A stretch of DNA of 64,000 nt, from assembly GCA_965649765.1 (NCBI GenBank), contig OZ287759.1, positions 35,154,001 through 35,218,000 of the forward strand. The letters are read 5' to 3'. The stretch comes from Bispira polyomma. Lineage: Eukaryota. Positions 40,001 through 51,051 of this stretch are shown piece by piece. Position 1 is the stretch's first letter; every line of letters begins with the position of its first letter. The notes under the pieces are model-generated. The model worked only from the letters and a program-made list of their open reading frames with translations, searched no databases and was not told the DNA's origin. A program made the translations under genes and the position numbers.

Positions 40001-43000
40001 TATCCCATAAATAACCTGTCATACCTCTTTTGTACCTGGCATTAAGATTAGTCTGTTGCAGTGGCATTTAACTGTCCACATGTCCCCCCGCTTATCACAC
40101 CCAGCTTGTGACACTGAGATGGACATTGTATTCATTGTGTACTAAGTAGTGATATCAGTCTGTTGAAATTGTATTTAACTGTACTTTATCCTTTATAACA
40201 CACATGTCCCCCCTCTTATCATACCCAGCCTGTGACAATGAGATGGACATTGCATTCGTTGTTGACTACTCAGGAAGTATCCAGAGAGAGAACTTTGCCA
40301 TGCTGGTCACCTTCCTCAAACTCCTGGTGGATGAAATGGATGTGGACTCTGGAAAGGTATCCCCAGAGTAACAGCAATACTTCATGTGATAAATAGGACC
40401 GTTTTAATGTTAATGCGTTACAGCTATAACACAACAATGTTTTAAATATCCTCTGTTGCGAGAAAGGTTCACAATCAATCGTAAGCAGCAGACATGTTAA
40501 GGTGGAAAAGCTAGCTAATGTTTTGCATTTTCCCCCCGAAAGCCTGTAATCCTTTTCACAGTATGAAGATTATTCCATTCAACAGGTGCTGCAATTTGAA
40601 ATGATCTTTAAGCTGCTAGTTTTGGGTAAGTCAGAGGTGGTGAGATTGATAGGGGATAAAATAGAGGATAATCTGGACTCCCAGTACTTCATGTGGGCTC
40701 TTTACACAGATTATTCATGGTTACAAACCAGCAATATTAATGAACCAATATTTAAATAGAACCTCCGAATTTCACCATAGCCATACATGCTTGTTGCTTT
40801 GGCAAACACTGTCCCTGTTCCAACAATTTTGAATATGGAATATGTCATTTCATGTTTTTCATGATATCAGGTAAAACAACCTTTTCAGCAATATGCAATA
40901 GTCATGTATGTTACAAGTATTCTATGAAAATTATGTTTGATCAGTTCAATCTGTTCTAGTTTCTATTTCCATGCCCCCTACTGTTGCCAGTAGTTTCCTA
41001 GTTTGACACTGTTTATGTGACCTTCACCTAGGTGCGCGTGTCAGTACTGACTTACAGTGACAATACCACCATCAACTTCTACCTGGATGAGCATAACAAC
41101 ACAGAATACATCAAGTTCGCACTGGACAAACTCAAGTTTGAGGGAGGCAAGACCAACACAGCAGGTGGGAAACTAGTGACAAACTCAGATCACACCGATT
41201 TTAAATATATAATTATTTAGACCTAAAAAACATCTCAAGTAAAGTAGCTTATTGACGATTCAAATTTAGCAGCAATGATACTGCTGCTGGTTTGGTTTAT
41301 GACCGGTTATAGTAAGGATTATTTGATATTTTACATCATAGTACCAACTTTAAATGTTTAAATTTAGCAATACACTACAAAATGAAAATGCTCTATTTGT
41401 AAAGCAAAACTTTGCACACTATATCTGTCTAGAACTTATGCCATTGGCTAAAGCTAAAACTAGGGAGAGCTGCTTTGTGATTACTAGTCTTGGACCTTTT
41501 TGTAGACAAAATCAGTTTTGCCAGTCAGAACTAATTCTTGCATATATTTGACACTACACCCAGGCATGACTGCTATGGTATCTATGTCTAGTGGGAAGGT
41601 TTTTCTATCAAAGATGTTATGCTCATGACAATATTATCATCATTTTGACCTTGTAGTTACGATGATCTTAACCTTAAGTGTCTTGTCCAAAACTATTCCT
41701 ACAGCTCCAAATAAATCTGGATTTGGCAACATTTTCCCATATCCTATATTCACTGTTTTACCTTGAGTAATTGTGCTTACAATACTGCCTGAATGATATA
41801 TCAGAAGACATATCTTGAAGAATGATTATATTTTATTCAAATTGTTCAGACTGCCGACATGTCAGATCAGTATGCTGATATTTGAAAATTCTTACAACTT
41901 TTGTGTTGATTTTGTTTACAGCTGATGAAGTTTTTTGTACCTAGTCACCTCTGTTTGTTTACAGAAGCCATCAGTACTATGAGACAAGATCTCTTCAATG
42001 TAAGCAATGGTGACCGCCAGTATGTGCCAAACTTTGCACTGTTGTTTACTGATGGGGTGCCAAATATGAACGAACATATGACCGTGAAAGAAGCTATCAA
42101 GGCGAAGATTGATGGGACACATTTAATTTTGGTTACTATGGGTAAGACATCCAAATGTGTGTCACACACATACCACTATAGATAGTTGTAACATGTAATA
42201 CAGGAACTGCTGAAGGTGGGTTGTTTGCAGAAAAGAAACAACTTCATCAACTACTCTGTTCTGATTTCCTCCACCAGTGTTACTACTGTAACAGTAATAC
42301 GTAATACAACCTTGTGTATATTTAACAACACTTACATCATGTAATAACAGACTTCAAAGGAAGTCAACAAAATGGTACAAAGATGACTCACGACTTCAAT
42401 CTCTTTTACGGTACACTAGAATTGTTAAAGACATCCACAGACACCAATATCACTTATTTTCTAGTACACAAATTCTGAGGCAACATCTACTCACACCATA
42501 GTATAGTCCAAAGTCCAGACACAGAAAGCATTGGATATATTGCTTGCTTGATATTTTGTATTGACGAGTATAATACTGTACTATTTGTACACATCCGGTT
42601 CAGTTGTCAGTGTATTCCTGGTGTAGTGTGTCTTACTGTTTGTTTAAACACATCAGTTTCAGTTCTCAGTGTATTCCTGATGTACTGTGTATTACTGTTC
42701 TGTTTATACACATCAGGTTCAGTTCTCAGTGTGTTCATGGTGTAGTGTATATAACTGTTCTGTTTATACACATCAGGTTCAGTTCTCAGTGTATTCCTGG
42801 TGTAGTGTGTATTATTGTTCTGTTTATACACATCAGGTTCCTATATTCTCTATTTTTATTCTTTTTGTACACATCAGGTACAGGACTCACCAGAGGTCAT
42901 AACTACCTCAAACTTCAGGGTATCCCCAGCGAACCGACTGCTGCTAACTTCTTCAATGTCCCTCGTTACAGTGAACTGAACAGGATTGTACCCGAAGTGG

Positions 43001-45527
43001 CCAACGCCATGTGTAATGGTAAGAGCTAGTGTGTGTCTCTGTATGTGTGAAAATTATGTAGTTTATCAGTTGTTTATCTGAGCTTATTAGGCATGTTGTA
43101 GAATTCACGAGGGATTGTAAGATATACTTTTAATTGTCATTTTATGGTATGATAAAGGGAACTTCTCAGTAACAATTCTTTGATACTTTCTGTGGAGATG
43201 CAATTTGCCATTGGCCAGCGACACTATTTATTTGCCAATTCATTGAACGCCTTTAATAAGAAAAAAGGTCATATTTGTGAAAGTTTTGTTATTTCAGACA
43301 TTGATGAATGTCAGGACAATCCCTGTGAGAATGGTGGTGTCTGTAGAGATGGTCTAAGGTCTTATCTGTGTCAGTGTACTACCAGGTTTACTGGTCTCAA
43401 CTGTGAGAGAGGTAAGTCAATGTATTATCAGGTTTACTGGTCTTAGCTGTGAGAGAGGTAAGTCAATCTACTACCAGGTTTACTAATCTCAACTGTGAGA
43501 GAGGTAAGTCAGTGTACTACTAGGTTTACTAGTCTCAACTGTGAGAGAGGTAAGTCAGTGTACTACCAGGTTTACTAGTCTCAACTGTGAGAGAGAGAAG
43601 TTAGTGTACTACCAGGTTTACTGGTCTTAACTGTGAGAGAGTTAAGTCACTGTTCTACCAGGTTTACTGGTCTCAACTGTGAGAGAGGTAAGTCAGTGTA
43701 CTACTAGGTTTACTAGTCTTAACTGTGAGAGAGGCAAGTCAGTGTACTACTAGGTTTACTAGTCTTAACTGTGAGAGAGGTAAGTCAGTGTACTGCCAGG
43801 TTTACTGGTCTTAACTGTGAGAGGCAAGCGAGTACTAATTGGTTTACTGGTCTCAACTGTGAGAGGCAAGTGAATATACTAATTGGTTTACTGGTCTTAA
43901 CTATGGTAAATCGAGGTCATTCACCTGAAATAACTAATTGTTAATACAAGATGAATACTATCAACAACCAGGACTACATTTTGTGAGTTGTCAAGTCATC
44001 TTGGACATTCTGATTTAGGACTTGTAGCTTGCAGAGTTTGGAGAGTTACCTTTTCAGTGTGTAAAAGAGTAGTTTGACCAGAATGTGCACATGTATTATG
44101 ACTGGTTTGACCTTGCATAACCTACTTCATGTGTTTCAGAATAGGCACATTTATTATAAACTATTTCAGAATAGGCACATGCATTATAGACTATTTCAGA
44201 ATAGGCACATGTATTATAGACTATTTCAGAATAGGCACATGTATTATAAACCATTTCAGAATAGGCACAAGTATTATAAACTATTTCATGTTGTATGACC
44301 TGTTTTATGTATTTCAGAATGTATATTTCAGAGTATACACAATATACCCTGTGTTAACTCGTGTGTAACCTGTTGTACACTGTGTATTTCAGAATTTATA
44401 CATCACAGAGCTATAGTGTTTGGGGCAGACATCAGTGGCAGTACATGTCAGTGTGTAGACACGTATTGTAGCCTGTTATATGCGTTTCAGAATGTTTCAC
44501 CTGTTTTGTAATATGTATTTCAGAATGTATGCGGCACAGACATTTGTCTTTGCAGCAGACATTCAGTGGCGGTAACTGTCATTGTGTGCACGTATTGTAA
44601 TCTGTTTTACTTGTATATCACAATGTATCTCTCACCTGTTTTATACCATGTTATTCAGAATGTATGCAGCACATAGACATAGTCTCAGTAACCGTACATG
44701 TCGGTGTGTATACATATAATATAACCTGTTGTATACCATGTATTTCAGAATGTATGCGGCACAGAGACCTAGTCTCAGTAAAAGACATCAGTGGCAGTAC
44801 ATGTCGGTGTGTATACATGTAATATAATCTGTTTTATACCTAGTATTTCAGAATGTATGCAGCACAGACATAGTCTCAGTAGAAGACATCAGTGGCAGTA
44901 CATGTCGGTGTGTATACATGCAATATAACCTGTTTTATACCATGTATTTCAGAATGTATGCGACACAGAGACATAGTCTTTGTAGTAGACATCAGCGGGA
45001 GTATAGAGGACAACAATGGCTTTGACACAGAACGCTCCCTTATGAAGGAACTCATCTACGGCCTGGACTTCAGTTTTGGCAGGACTCGTGTTGGATTTGT
45101 GACCTTTGCCAACGTCGCCCAAACCAAGTTTTATTTGCACGACTACATCTCCGACTTTGCACAGCAAGACGTGCTGAATGCGCTTGTGATTGACACGATA
45201 GGACACCAGACTAACATTTCAGACGGGATCAAAGAGGCCAGAGACAAGCTGTTTGTAACAGAGCTGGGGGACAGAGGTGGGGTGGATGACATCCTGGTAC
45301 TGATAAGTGACGGCAAAAACACTATTGGCAAGAATTCAGAGACTGAGTACGAGGCCAGGCTGTGTCTGGAGAGAGGTATAGAGGTGTACACAGTGGCTGT
45401 AGGGAATGTACCTAATGTGGGATTACTAGAGACACTGGCTGCCTCCTCATCTACCAAGTACTGGGTCAAAGAAAGGGCAGATGTGGAGGAAACAGCGAAG
45501 GAAATGTTAGACACGCTGTGTCTGTGA
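28003..45527 (+). CDS. Secreted vWA/EGF extracellular matrix protein (matrilin/collagen VI-like; SP-vWA3-EGF-vWA-EGF-vWA-EGF-vWA), 15 coding exons, ~1295 aa
   Basis: Exons 28003-28093, 28653-29243, 29646-30233, 31737-32300, 32831-32944, 33259-33422, 37098-37294, 38804-39000, 39635-39748, 40229-40356, 41032-41164, 41965-42141, 42878-43018, 43298-43411, 44953-45527 sum to 3888 nt. All introns are GT-AG with matching phases. DxSxS/TDG MIDAS motifs and CxxNPCxNGGxC EGF motifs are present. Confidence 0.9.
28653..29243 (+). CDS. vWA/EGF gene exon 2 (vWA1, degenerate MIDAS)
   Basis: [16 protein letters not shown]...TRVGV; 591 nt, phase 1-1. Confidence 0.9.
29280..29640 (+). repeat. 12-bp minisatellite filling intron 2
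   Basis: (tgtatgtttacc)n with ccattgtgttta variants, running directly into the acceptor tgtgtatttcag|CCTGT. Confidence 0.95.
29646..30233 (+). CDS. vWA/EGF gene exon 3 (vWA2)
   Basis: [18 protein letters not shown]...VVTDGSS; 588 nt, phase 1-1. Confidence 0.92.
30705..31700 (+). repeat. 85-90-bp acceptor-junction array (12 AG copies) in intron 3
   Basis: Unit ...ccatgtttcAG|acttagagaagcaagtagatg... resembles the real junction ccatgtttctactttAG|ACTGTGAGAAGAGGGTAGATG. Confidence 0.9.
31737..32300 (+). CDS. vWA/EGF gene exon 4 (vWA3)
   Basis: [17 protein letters not shown]...VITDGDS; 564 nt, phase 1-1. Confidence 0.92.
32831..32944 (+). CDS. vWA/EGF gene exon 5 (EGF1)
   Basis: [35 protein letters not shown]; 114 nt. 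Confidence 0.92.
32965..33220 (+). repeat. ~54-bp tandem repeat filling intron 5
   Basis: ttttggcatacattttacacattaaagttactgtgtattataat...gtctg, about 5 copies. Confidence 0.85.
33259..33422 (+). CDS. vWA/EGF gene exon 6 (vWA4 N-part)
   Basis: [17 protein letters not shown]...[12 protein letters not shown]; donor CAG|GTGAGT, phase 0. Confidence 0.9.
33381..33890 (+). repeat. ~52-bp donor-junction array (~9-10 copies) in intron 6
   Basis: Unit ggggccagagtgggggtactgatgtatgcatcagaggcacAG|GTGAGTaggt copies the last ~42 nt of exon 6 plus the donor; one more copy at ~34060-34100. Confidence 0.92.
36600..36800 (-). mobile_element. CR1-like LINE C-terminal remnant
   Basis: [23 protein letters not shown]...EDEFDLI motif; further LINE-like scraps at ~35600-36180. 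Confidence 0.5.
37098..37294 (+). CDS. vWA/EGF gene exon 7 (vWA4 middle)
   Basis: AVFNLGDY...[10 protein letters not shown]...GDRPD...LITDGKSDD; phase 0-2. Confidence 0.9.
37282..38410 (+). repeat. 17-bp donor-junction array (~65 copies) in intron 7
   Basis: Unit agtgt(g/a)atgacAG|GT(g/a)t derives from the junction AGTCTGATGACAG|gtat; exact agtctgatgacagg copies recur inside the array. Confidence 0.95.
38804..39000 (+). CDS. vWA/EGF gene exon 8 (vWA4 C-part)
   Basis: [23 protein letters not shown]...ATDPD...VCN; phase 2-1. Confidence 0.9.
39635..39748 (+). CDS. vWA/EGF gene exon 9 (EGF2)
   Basis: [37 protein letters not shown]; 114 nt. Confidence 0.92.
40045..40270 (+). repeat. Single ~124-bp duplication of the intron 9/exon 10 acceptor junction
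   Basis: Decoy cttatcacacccAG|cttgtgacactgagatggacattgtattc (AG ends 40104) versus real cttatcatacccAG|CCTGTGACAATGAGATGGACATTGCATTC (AG ends 40228). Confidence 0.85.
40229..40356 (+). CDS. vWA/EGF gene exon 10 (vWA5 part 1)
   Basis: [22 protein letters not shown]...MDVDSGK; phase 1-0; not in the ORF track. Confidence 0.85.
41032..41164 (+). CDS. vWA/EGF gene exon 11 (vWA5 part 2)
   Basis: [18 protein letters not shown]...GGKTNTA; phase 0-1. Confidence 0.88.
41965..42141 (+). CDS. vWA/EGF gene exon 12 (vWA5 part 3)
   Basis: [10 protein letters not shown]...[16 protein letters not shown]...VTM; phase 1-1. Confidence 0.88.
42575..42885 (+). repeat. 60-bp acceptor-site array (~5 copies) in intron 12
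   Basis: Unit ...ttctgtttatacacatcAG|gttcag versus real tttttgtacacatcAG|GTACAG. Confidence 0.88.
42878..43018 (+). CDS. vWA/EGF gene exon 13 (vWA5 part 4)
   Basis: [19 protein letters not shown]...AMCN; phase 1-1. Confidence 0.85.
43298..43411 (+). CDS. vWA/EGF gene exon 14 (EGF3, calcium-binding type)
   Basis: [38 protein letters not shown]; 114 nt. Confidence 0.92.
43370..43905 (+). repeat. 46-bp donor-junction array (~11 copies) in intron 14
   Basis: Unit gtcagtgtactaccaggtttactggtctcaactgtgagagAG|GTAA equals the last ~42 nt of exon 14 plus the donor. Confidence 0.95.
44125..45005 (+). repeat. Acceptor-junction arrays of intron 14: 30-bp units (44125-44300), then 90-103-bp units (44300-45005)
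   Basis: tatttcAG|aat is repeated; long units copy ccatgtatttcAG|AATGTATGCGACACAGAGACATAGTC...GACATCAGCGGGAGTA. Confidence 0.9.
44953..45527 (+). CDS. vWA/EGF gene exon 15 (vWA6, stop codon)
   Basis: [17 protein letters not shown]...RTRVGFVTF...LISDG...LDTLCL*. Confidence 0.92.
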
Positions 45528-45934
45528 GGAGAGCCAGGCTGAGACATTCGGATGGATTCAAATATTAAACTTATGGTAGCTTAGGTAAGAACCAAAAACA
45601 TGCTTGTGTAAACTAATGGTCCACACATCAATGATTGCATTGAATGGTTGTGTACTTCTAATGTTGAATGCATTTAAAATGTCAATATATGGGACTCCAA
45701 ACGTATATCAAATACCTCAATGTCTGTACAGACCAAATGGCTCATATACCAGTGGTAAGGTCTAAATGTTGCTGTAGTATATAAGCTTAGTCATTGCTAG
45801 TAACATACATGTACTAACTAATAATACTAAGGAAGCTGTTGTCTGTCACAGTAAACCTGCAGGTTTGTCATTGGTATTTCTGTGCTAACATACTCAAATC
45901 AGACCTTAGGATCAGAGAGCACTTGAGTGATATA

Positions 45935-46626
45935 CACGGGTCAAAATAAAATAGGACTCAGACATATAAATGTTGGTAATTTTTAAAGTGTGGAAAATTT
46001 TTATTATTTTGATATGTGTTTGTATAAACATATCTATTTACCTAATTTCAAGCTACTGTTGCTTCCCCCAAAAATTTCTTTAAGGAATTACCAATCCAAG
46101 AATGTGATGGCCGAGAAATTAAAATTCACAAGCACAGGAAAACAGATGCCAAGAAAATGAAAGTTGTCTTTTACTTTCAAATTTATTAAAAAAATCAACC
46201 GTATATAGTGGATTTTAGCCACATTCAGGTTAATAAACTCAGTAGAATGTTTTTGCATAGTCACAACAGTGTTCCGGATCATAATCCACCTGTTCCAATG
46301 TGGCAATGCTGATCGAGGCCCTCAGGAATGAATGGGTAAACCTGGAAAAGCTGTAATACTGTTTTGAGTATTCAAAGACACTGTATGGATTGTGTAGAAC
46401 CCACAATTAAAAGGAAATTTTTCAATAAATTTGCAAGTTAAAGACAACTTTCGTTTTCTTGACATCTGTAAATCTGAAGAAAAAAAAAAAAATTAAAAGC
46501 ATTAAGCTTAGAATAAGGAAAATGGATATGTTAATACAAATACATATCAAAGTAATTAAAATTTTCCACACTTTTGAAATTACCTGGTGCATTTATACGA
46601 CGAGTCCTATTTTATTTTGACCAGTG
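45935..46626. mobile_element. Tc1/mariner-type MITE (TA TSD), probably within the vWA gene 3' UTR
   Basis: ta|CACGGGTCAAAATAAAATAGGACTC ... GAGTCCTATTTTATTTTGACCAGTG|ta, with extended imperfect TIRs. Confidence 0.8.
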
Positions 46627-47810
46627 TATATATAGTCTGAGCACTAAGAAAACATAGGCTCTTTGACTGGGTTATCTGGAGGTGTTGTTTTTTTTCATTG
46701 TGTGTATGTATATCTGTAAACCTCTGTTTCTAAGGACTGATTTGTGTAAAGAGTATCTTGGCAGATAAAACTACCTCTGTGAGTTGTTAATTGTACAGGT
46801 ATACAGATAAAACACTTCACCACTAAGGATTTCTGAAACCAAAAAACACACACCCACAATTTCTGTTTGGTAGTATGTTTAAAACAAAGAACCGTGGACT
46901 TAAAGATGAACCTGGTACCAAATACCATCAATATCACTATGTAGACACAGAAGTTTAAAGTTTTTTTGTAATTTCTATAATGATCATGTCTCACTACTGG
47001 GAGACAGTAACCCAGTGTGCCTATATATGGTGACAACAGTCGACAAATCTCAGTAAAGTCGGCCATCAGTGGATAACGTGAACCACATGGACGGATCCAG
47101 GGGGTGGGGGACCACTCCAGAATGTACTGTGAACATAAATGTAAGAAAATCTGGTTGAGAGACTCCCCCCCCCCAGGATCCACCTGTGTTGTAAGACATT
47201 GTTTGACCACTGACAGGTCTCACTGATAAAGAGAGGCTACTTGTTTACAATATAGAATTCTACTCTGTTATAAATTAAAAGCAAAGTCAAGTGTTGTAGA
47301 TAAAGATTTGGAGTAGCAAGTTTTGTAAACCTCTATTGTATAGGAATGTCTATTGTCTGAAGGTGTCATTTGAATACTTTGTTTTAAATGTGGATACTTT
47401 TATTATGTTCTAAGAAAATGAAACCAATGTGCCCTGAAGAGTGTCCTGATTAAAAATACTGAGCAGACAGTTCTAGAATAAATTTCAAAGAGTAAGAGCA
47501 GTCAAAGAAAAAGTGTCTTTCTGTTTCCTTGTCTTGTATTGTGGGACTTGTAGAAACTGGGTATGTCATGTTATGACTTGTAGAGAGGTGTGGCGAGTGA
47601 GTGATTGATAGGGAATCGCAGTAACCAAGACCGCTGCTTACTGCTACATTTGTGAAGATGACATGTTCCAATCCTTATTATCCAGACAAAATCTTGCCAT
47701 TCCAAAGTGTCTGGCAAATATAGGTTTACTTTACAAAGGCGATGTCCAAATGTTATTCTTTACAGCAGTATAACTAGGTGTAACTATTTGTTAATGTGAC
47801 TTTCATCCAT

Positions 47811-47948
47811 GTAAATACACTGTATACCCCAGTGCTGTGAATACACTGTATACCTCAGTGCTGTGAATACACTATATACCCCAGTGCTGTATATACACTG
47901 TATACCCCAGTGCTGTAAATACACTGTATACCCCAGTGCTGTAAATAC
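47811..47948. repeat. 26-bp tandem repeat x5
   Basis: gtaaatacactgtataccccagtgct; AATAAA follows at ~48052. Confidence 0.9.
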
Positions 47949-48796
47949 CAGTTGTGTGCTTGTTTTCTAATGTATTTGCTTGTTCATGTATTTCACTTTT
48001 TAATTCTACACGTTTTAAAATGTACAAAATGCAACATGTGATATGTGGAGGAATAAACTTCCACAGCAGTAGTCGGGTTTTTATACTACACTTTTAACAG
48101 CCATTGACCATAATGTTCACCTGAACGCAAACCTTTCCACACCAAACAAGTAATATTGAGTGAACGCAACTTCTGGTAAACACGTTTCTGAAGGCCATCT
48201 GTCCAGTAGTAAAGGGGTTTATATTCAGTGTAAAAACTGTACTGTTCACCACACTGAGTGTATGGTTCAGGCAGACATCTTGTTTTTCATAATGTCATCA
48301 CTAAAGAAAGGTATTCTGGTGATACCAGTAAAACTACTTCTACTTGCCAGTGCCATGTCCTTCGGTCAGCAGTCAATGGCATGTAATATTATTATATAAC
48401 TCCCTCAGCACACAGGAATACAATATATGTGGTACATTGCTTTTTACCTTAAATAAAATGTATTTTTTAATTATTAAGGTAATAAGTAGTAGCAAAAAGG
48501 TCATCTGTGATCTCATGGAAGTGGGTCAAAGTTTCCTCCCTCGGTACAGCAGAACAACTGCATCAGTGGCGAAGGGATTAACATTGATGAAATGATAAAC
48601 ATTAGCAAAACACAAATAACAAAATACGAACACAAGAAAAATATTGAGGCTTCAAAAAAACAATGAACAAACAATTAATTTTCAAGATTTTAAGATCAGA
48701 ACAGACAGTGTAAATTGACAAGATCAAGATGGTTTAGATGTTGATGAGGACGATATCTGATGTATTTGTAAACTGCAATAATCCTTGCAATAGGAG

Positions 48797-49059
48797 TTTG
48801 AATTTGAATTTGGATATTTAACGTCCACTCTAGTACCTTTTAGTAGGTTATATTGAGATGTGTAGTTGATAACGCTGGAGGAAACACTGCATACAGTCGG
48901 TCAAGGTTCTGCAGAGAAACCAGCGGCCCACAGTAAGGAACTACCACATTTCCCACATAGGCATCGACGGGATTCGAACTCACGCCGCCCAGAGGTGAGA
49001 GACCAGTGATTGTGAAGCGCAATGCTTGCTAACCACTAGGCCACTGCGGCCCCACCTCC
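48797..49059 (-). mobile_element. Young tRNA-derived SINE, copy 6
   Basis: (CAAATT)n tail; 9-bp TSD caataggag. Confidence 0.9.
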
Positions 49060-49964
49060 CAATAGGAGCCACAGACAGCTATCTGTTGTTAACTGGGCCC
49101 GATGCATCTCACTTTCGGTCAACCATTACGTGTTATTAGGCCTGGAAAAGTATTAGATTACCCACACTGTGAAGGCAGCAAACAATATAATAAAGATAAT
49201 TGAAGCATTTAGAAAGCACTAAATTGATAAAAAAACATCCTCTAAGGCCATACTATCCAAAAAGGAAGGTCTACAGCCAAGCCAAAAAGGTTGTTACCAA
49301 AACAATCCCACCCCTAAGAAAGGGGGTAGGCCAGTCTGAAAAGTTATGTTTTAAGTTGGCTTCTGAAACCAGTGATTGTATCCTGTGATAACTACTCACC
49401 AAGGCATACCTAGGTATAGTCATATATTTTATTATATTAAACATTGTAAAAATATTTGTACACAAATTATATTACTTTGAGATATATTCATGTTTAGTCA
49501 TAAATATCTACAATTTCCAAAACTTTCCCTTGTTGCTGTGTTCTAAAGTATTTTTATAGCCAAGATTTTTAGACACCAACTATTCATCATTGCAAAAACT
49601 AAATTTCCAACTGATTTGGCCATACATTGCTTTGAAAAGGGAAAAGCGCCAGGAAAAAATAGTTAATATTTGTATTGTGTTGAATATATGTATGATCCTA
49701 TACATATATATATACCCCATGGTATGTTTTACATCTCTTACTCATTTAAATAAACTCATTTCAGTTGCAAAAATGTAAAAGCTTTTTAAAGTTATATGGT
49801 ATATTGTTGTCAAATGGGTCATCTCCCATTGCAATTGTAAATTTAAAAGCCCACTTGCAAGTAACTTTTTTGGTGTAAAACATTTTTATATGTGAATTTG
49901 AGACTTTCACAAGTTTTTGCTGTGTTTACCTTACATAAATTTGAAAAGGTCCAGTAATTTTTTA

Positions 49965-50042
49965 CATGGGCCAGTCACTTTTCTCATGGGCCAGTCACTT
50001 TTCCCATGGGCCAGTCACTTTTCCCACGGGCCAGTCACTTTT
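49965..50042. repeat. 20-bp tandem repeat x4
   Basis: catgggccagtcacttttcc. Confidence 0.85.
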
Positions 50043-51051
50043 GAGAGATGGTCTATGGTCTTCCAACTTTGCTGGCCAATATATCATGCTGCTCTCTATG
50101 GATATCTATGTCTTTATTTTTTGGGCAATTTCAGTTTCTAATATTTAATACTTGTTTTATATGATCATACTATATAATCTTGCTTGTTAGATAAGCAAAG
50201 CTTCAAACATATAACAATTCCTCAAAATTCTGGTCTAACTGTAACCAGGAAGAAAACATGAGTTTTACAGTACGCCGCAAGCAATGTGGCTTCCTGTAAG
50301 GACACAGCAAAACTACAAGAAAGTAAGTGTTTTGTTTGTCAGGTTAAATTAAATAATGGATATCTCTAAGCTGGAACTGTTGAAAAGTACAAAATATGGG
50401 CTTTTTAGGACACCAAAACGTAATTTGTAGGTTAAAAGATTCACATACATACAGCCACTTAATACAGTAAAATATTAAGAGAACCTCCACCAGGATATTC
50501 CTGGATGGTTAAATGTTTAAAAGCCGTGATAGTAATTTTTGTTATTTAAAGTATGTGAAGTGACGTCATGGGGAAGTTCTCATATATATATCTCCAAACA
50601 TATATCATATATATCATTTATATATATTCATTTATGCGCATTCACTACACGAAAGAAGAACATTACAAAAAATCCCGGTAATAAGTAGATTAAACAGTAA
50701 ATCTTATATGACAAACAAAATCAAATAGGATATGAAAAAATAAAACCGGGGGACATATCCTTGAGCAACAACCACTCCTGAAAGGTAATACCGATAGTAA
50801 CAATATAGAAAAGTGCTGTCTACACTATGACGGTCCTCCTTGCCACATCATCTTGAATTGTGCTAGTAGTCCAAATTCTCGATAAGAGGAGTAGAACCCA
50901 GGACCTTCTCATAACCAGAACAACTCCCTAACCACTAGTTCACGGGGGGGGGGGGGGGGGGGGGGGCCGGGTGTTGATGTTCTCAGTACATAGTTCGCAT
51001 CACGTTGTACTAATTTTTCCACTTTTAAAGGGGCGGGTGTTAATGTTTGCA

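Noticed and set aside
28630-45547. Minus-strand ORFs overlapping vWA exons
   Set aside because: Antisense shadows of real coding exons with no recognisable motifs.
17074-49022. Recurrent small ORFs 'GVSSNPVDAYVGKVVV' as a gene family
   Set aside because: They are translations of the SINE copies.
13235-49059. tRNA genes at the GGGGCCGCGGTGGCCTAGTGG...GTTCGAATCC motifs
   Set aside because: These are SINE heads: each continues into a shared ~170-bp non-tRNA body and tail and is flanked by TSDs.
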